Positions 59,568-64,000 of a stretch of 64,000 nucleotides of DNA are shown here, piece by piece. This DNA is from Nitrosopumilus sp. GTDB lineage: Archaea > Thermoproteota > Nitrososphaeria > Nitrososphaerales > Nitrosopumilaceae. The position numbers and the translations under genes were made by a program. Where the stretch lies: NCBI GenBank assembly GCA_965205425.1, contig CBDBGZ010000009.1, forward strand, positions 1,088,001-1,152,000. Reading direction: 5' to 3'. The first letter of the stretch is position 1. Each line of letters begins with the position of its first letter. A model generated the notes under the pieces. The model had not been told where the DNA came from. It did not search any database and was given only the letters and a program-made list of their open reading frames with translations.

Positions 59568-60449
59568 ATGGTTACTGTTGTTCCTGAGAAAAAGGGAAAT
59601 CTAACATATTATTTTCTACGACACAGCTCAGGCACTGATCAACTAAAGCGATATCTGGGAAAAACGATTCCCAAAAATATTGAACAACTAAAAGCAGATT
59701 TTCTTTTGGAATTTTATCAGAAACAATGGAATCCTAATTTTGAATCTATTTACAAAAACTATCAAAATGAAACAAAATCAATTCCATCTACCATAAAACT
59801 ACAAAATTTTGAGAGTTTTGGAATTACATTTACTTACAATACGCAAAGGATTGAAGGATCAACACTAACTCAAGAAGATACCAAAGATTTGTTAATTCAT
59901 GGTATCACTCCAAACAAAAAATCAAAAATTGACACTATTGAGACTCAGAGACATTATGATTTGTTTGTAAAACTAGTATCTTCAAAAAAACCAGATAAAA
60001 TAATATTTGATACAATTCTTTCATGGCATGGAAATATTTTTGAGCAAACACAAATTGGAGAAGCAGGTTCAGTCAGAACATATGTAGTGGGAATTAAAGG
60101 CAATCCAAAAATTCAGTTTGCAACAGTTCCAGAAATCAAACCTAGATTATCTAAGTTATTTACATGGCTTAACAGTTCTAAAAAAGATATGTCTCCAGTA
60201 GAGATTGCATGCAAAGCTCACTATGATTTTGTAGGAATTCACCCTTTTGGAGATGGTAATGGAAGAATATCTAGACTGTTAATGAATTACATTCTCTTCA
60301 AATATGATTATCCACTGATGACAATTTTTAACAAAAACAGAAAACCCTATTTCAAATCATTAGAAAGATCACAGCTAGAAGATAATTCTATACATTTCCA
60401 AAAATGGTTTATGAAAAATTATTTCAAAGAAAATAAAAAATATTTGTAA
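59568..60449 (+). CDS. Fic family protein
   Basis: YNTQRIEGSTLT, HPFGDGNGRISR. Confidence 0.93.
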   Translation: MVTVVPEKKGNLTYYFLRHSSGTDQLKRYLGKTIPKNIEQLKADFLLEFYQKQWNPNFESIYKNYQNETKSIPSTIKLQNFESFGITFTYNTQRIEGSTLTQEDTKDLLIHGITPNKKSKIDTIETQRHYDLFVKLVSSKKPDKIIFDTILSWHGNIFEQTQIGEAGSVRTYVVGIKGNPKIQFATVPEIKPRLSKLFTWLNSSKKDMSPVEIACKAHYDFVGIHPFGDGNGRISRLLMNYILFKYDYPLMTIFNKNRKPYFKSLERSQLEDNSIHFQKWFMKNYFKENKKYL

Positions 60450-60517
60450 CTTGGGTTTGTAATTTATTAATTAGTCACTTTTACTGCCTAATTTTAGCAG
60501 ATTTCAGGATGATTATA

Positions 60518-61350
60518 TTAGAGTGTAATTTGGCCTACTCTTTTCTTTTGAACTTCATGCATTAAACATATCTCTGCAAACGCTGTTTCGTCAAAATAGA
60601 TTTTCTTTAATGAATTTCTTTTTTTAATTTCAGGATATTCACTATATTTCCTTCTGTTGATTGTTCTTCCTCCTGCTTTAGGTCTAAATCCTCCCCACTG
60701 CTTGAAAAATACTGCCACTTCTTGTTCTTTACACTGTTCTATTATTTCCTCAATCCATTTTTTTCAACTTGATGATAATGATGTCCACTTTCGCCTCCGA
60801 TAATTGCCCAATTAATTCCACGTAGGTTTACTTTTCCTACAGAATCAAGCAATGGCTCAAAACTGATAAATCTTGTATGGCATTTTACTTTCCGTAAATC
60901 GTTAATTCTTGAAACATAATTTTTATTTTCAACACTGACTCCCATCCACATAAAATTTGGAATTTTATGACCAAAATATTTGAAAAATAATTCTGAAAAT
61001 TCAGCCATTCTTTTTGGACGTTTAGTGAGAATTTGGTAATCGTGTTGATCTGCTTGAATCATAGTTGAGAAACATTTTCCTGTAAATTCAAATGTTGATT
61101 TCTCATGGAATAAATCCGACATGCTGTTTACAAAAATCTTTTTTGGTTTTTTCCATGTCAATGGTAATTCAACATCTGATGGATGTTCAATATACTGAAA
61201 TCCTTTTTTGTATTTTTGTTGTCCCATAGATTTCAATCTTTTTGTTAAAGTTTCAGCATAACAATTTTTACAACCTGGCGATATTTTTGTACATCCACTT
61301 GTGGGGTTCCATGTAGCTTCTGTCCATTCAATTTCAGAACCTATTGCCAT
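60518..61350 (-). pseudogene. DUF5131 (phage Gp37/Gp68-like, three-Cys) protein, frameshifted at A7 run (60758-64)
   Basis: IEWT..TWNP..GC...S.GC.NCYA, NSMSDLFH, SFEPLL, GGESG; WIEEI...FFKQWGG continues in -1 frame. Confidence 0.85.
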
Positions 61351-62020
61351 TATTCGTACCTGTCTAGAGTTTTGAAGTACTTTCTTTAATATTTTTTATC
61401 TATATCTTTTCTGATCAGTGTTAAATCACAATAGATAGTTGTCAACAGGTGAAGAGTTGGAATATTATCGTAACAGATATGATTCGTTGAAGAAGGAAAA
61501 CCAGCAGTTACGCAAAGAGATTGCAGAGTTAAAGCAGACAGTATCTGCACTTGCTGCAAGAAACATCAAGGCAAAACCAAACAAAATAAAACCAAGCAAG
61601 AAGAAGAACATCTCAAAACACGCTAGAAAAAGCAGAAACAGGCCCAACTAATATTGATTGTACCATAACAATTGACCAAAAAGAGTGCAACATATGCCAA
61701 ACCAAACTATCAAGCCCAACTGATTCATACACACGAATAGTAGAGGATATTATTCCTGCAAAGGCAATTGCAACAAAGTACACGATACTTAGACGATACT
61801 GCACCAATTGCAAAAAACAAATCTCAGGCAACATACACACTGCGCTACCCAATGAGAGATTTGGGATTAGACTCATGGTGCTAATCATATCACTGAAAAC
61901 CATCGGATTATCATATGGTAAAATATCTCATTTACTATCGATGCTCTTCTCATTACACATTACAGAATCTGCAATTAACCATGCAGTATTAATCACAGCA
62001 AAAATGTTTGGGAGAAGATA

Positions 62021-63105
62021 TAGCGACGATCAAAAGTTCGCAAACATCTTTGCAGGATTTCTAAAGATATAATTTGCAACATCAAGCTTGAATTTTGTCA
62101 CTCTGAAATATTCGGACACTGCCTTGTTCATTATTGTAAACATTGCATAATACTCTGAAACCAACAATGCATATTTGCTTATCTTCCAGCACTGCTCTAT
62201 CATGTTCTTCAAGTATGGTGATCCCTTTGGCAACCAGATTAGTTTGGCATCTCTATTGTTTGCAAGGTATTCCTTTACCTTCTTTGATTTGTGAACTGAT
62301 GCTCTATCTAAAATGATTGCAATCTTGCCGTATTTCCAGTGTAACTCCTTTAGGTACTCTACAAATGTTACAGCGTTGAATTTGTCATAAACTCTGAATA
62401 GTTGATTACCATTTTCTGTAATTGTACCATACACTGCCAGACTCTCATGTCGTCCTGTATATGGAAGAAATATTCTCTTTGCAACTGGTGACCAGTACTT
62501 TTTTCCTGTTTTTGTATCCCTTACAAAGAATGCTTCATCAGCCATTGCAATGACAAATCCTTTCTTTTTTAGGCGTGAAATTCTCTTTTTGGTGCGTTGT
62601 TGCCAGCTTCTCACAGCAGATATACTTGCATGGTTGATGTGATATTTTTGTGCAGTTTTTGCAGACATGCCGTATTGGTGCATTATCTTTCTGATGTGGG
62701 TTATGTGAAATTTTACTCCAGTGGAATAAAAGATACTTTGTTGCAACATTATGGGGGTAAACAAAGTTAGCATTGCTTTTGACATGATAGCATCCATTCG
62801 AGTCTGGGAGATTATTCTTGGCCTGCCACTTCTTGGGTGGTCGTAGAGGCCATCTATCTCAAAACGACTCGTCCATTTTCTCACCCAGCTTGTGCAGTGG
62901 TGTAATGTCTTTGCAGTGCACTGTATGTCCTTTCCATCCTTTAGAATCATCAACACTGCAAGCATCCTTACTGCAACCTTGGAGTTTTCTTTTTTGTATG
63001 CTGCTTCAAGTGATTCTAACTTGTTCATCAAATTTTACCATACATAGTGATCAAAAAGTTTTTTGTTTTGGAATAATTTAGTTCACGAACTTTATCTTTT
63101 CGCTA
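62021..63105 (-). mobile_element. IS630-family element nested in IS66
   Basis: TA duplication (62019-20, 63106-07); TIR TAGCGA....AAAGTTCG..AAC; removal restores RRY-HTMIAE. Confidence 0.92.
62030..63031 (-). CDS. IS630 transposase (single ORF)
   Basis: RSGRP, MADEAFF, LDRASVH, LPKGSPYLKNMIE. Confidence 0.9.
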   Translation of the reverse strand: MMNKLESLEAAYKKENSKVAVRMLAVLMILKDGKDIQCTAKTLHHCTSWVRKWTSRFEIDGLYDHPRSGRPRIISQTRMDAIMSKAMLTLFTPIMLQQSIFYSTGVKFHITHIRKIMHQYGMSAKTAQKYHINHASISAVRSWQQRTKKRISRLKKKGFVIAMADEAFFVRDTKTGKKYWSPVAKRIFLPYTGRHESLAVYGTITENGNQLFRVYDKFNAVTFVEYLKELHWKYGKIAIILDRASVHKSKKVKEYLANNRDAKLIWLPKGSPYLKNMIEQCWKISKYALLVSEYYAMFTIMNKAVSEYFRVTKFKLDVANYIFRNPAKMFANF

Positions 63106-63859
63106 TATCATACCATGATTGCAGAACTGAAAAAAGAACTCAACATACACGGCGATGAGACAGTCTGGAGAGTCAATGGTGAGACACATTGGCTGTGGGC
63201 ATTTGTTGGAAAGTGGACTATGATTTATGAGATTGACAAATCACGTAGTGTTACTGTTCCAAAAAGAATTCTCAAGGGGTATGATGGTAACATTACAAGT
63301 GACTCGTACTCTGCATGGAACCACGTTGGAGAAACTCACCAGAAATGCCACATCCATTATCTTAGAGAAATTGATGATATTATTCAACACAAGAATCCGG
63401 GACCAGAATTTGAATCGTTTGCAAAACAACTCAAAAGAATGATCCATGATTCTCATGGCATAGCAAGAATAAAATCTGAATCAAAGAGAATCCATGCAAA
63501 GAAGAATCTTGAGCGCAGAATATCTCATCTGATATCAAGGCATTACACTGAAAAAAATTGCATTAGGTTTGTCAAAAGAATCAGACGTGAAAGAAAAATG
63601 CTCTTCATATTTTTGATTACGGGAACTGATTCTCACAATAATACAGCAGAACGGGCAATCAGACCAAACGTAGTAATTAGAAAAATCACAAACGGACACC
63701 GTTCAGAGAATGGTGCATATTCTCACAAGGTGTTGATGAGTATAAAGGAGATAAAGAAAAAGCATTAAAAAGTATGATTAAAGCAGTAGAGACAAATGAT
63801 TTGATAGACAAAAGTAAAAAATCAGAATTTAAGAAAATGAAACTAGATGAATTAGATTT

Positions 63860-64000
63860 TCATGGAATAACATTTTGTAAGTAAAATACTGAAATCAGGC
63901 TCAAAATAGCATTATTTTTTCGATTTATCTTTTAGAAGTGAATCAACTGCTTGCCTCAATCTTGTAATTTCATCTTTTTGTAATTTTGAATCTTCTGTTA
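63860..64000 (-). CDS. C-terminal end of an ORF entering from beyond the window
   Basis: Open frame TEDSKLQKDEITRLRQAVDSLL...VIP*. Confidence 0.35.

Larger units (their letters stand above)
61439..63768 (+). pseudogene. IS66-family transposase, frameshifted (~61647), split by IS630 and 3'-truncated
   Basis: Coiled coil, CxxC..CxxC, HGDETVW, WLWAF, TSDSYSAW, QKCHIHYLRE, NNTAERAIRP. Confidence 0.88.

Overview
AT-rich archaeal window from an ammonia-oxidising thaumarchaeon (Nitrosopumilus-like), identified by amoA/amoX/amoC/amoB and probable amoY/amoZ. Housekeeping content: rps11, rps15, rps3ae, rtcB, purB, pstSCAB/phoU, valS, pheST, trpS, serS, pdxST, aconitase, TBP, a Dam-type methylase and five tRNAs (one Leu with two BHB introns). 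It carries eight IS elements. An IS1595 relic holds two nested IS5 elements with exact 9-bp TSDs, an IS630 splits a small membrane gene, and a scrambled island at 56.5-64 kb holds IS110, IS481, IS66 and IS630. Unannotated signals read by eye: a structured ~200-nt non-coding 3' end of the IS110 (candidate archaeal bridge/seek RNA), a box C/D sRNA predicted to guide 23S Gm2251, a double-hairpin H/ACA-like RNA, a shared GATC-centred motif and terminator at amo genes next to the Dam gene, a palindromic candidate PHO operator and several microproteins. All calls come from manual motif recognition; no searches were run.
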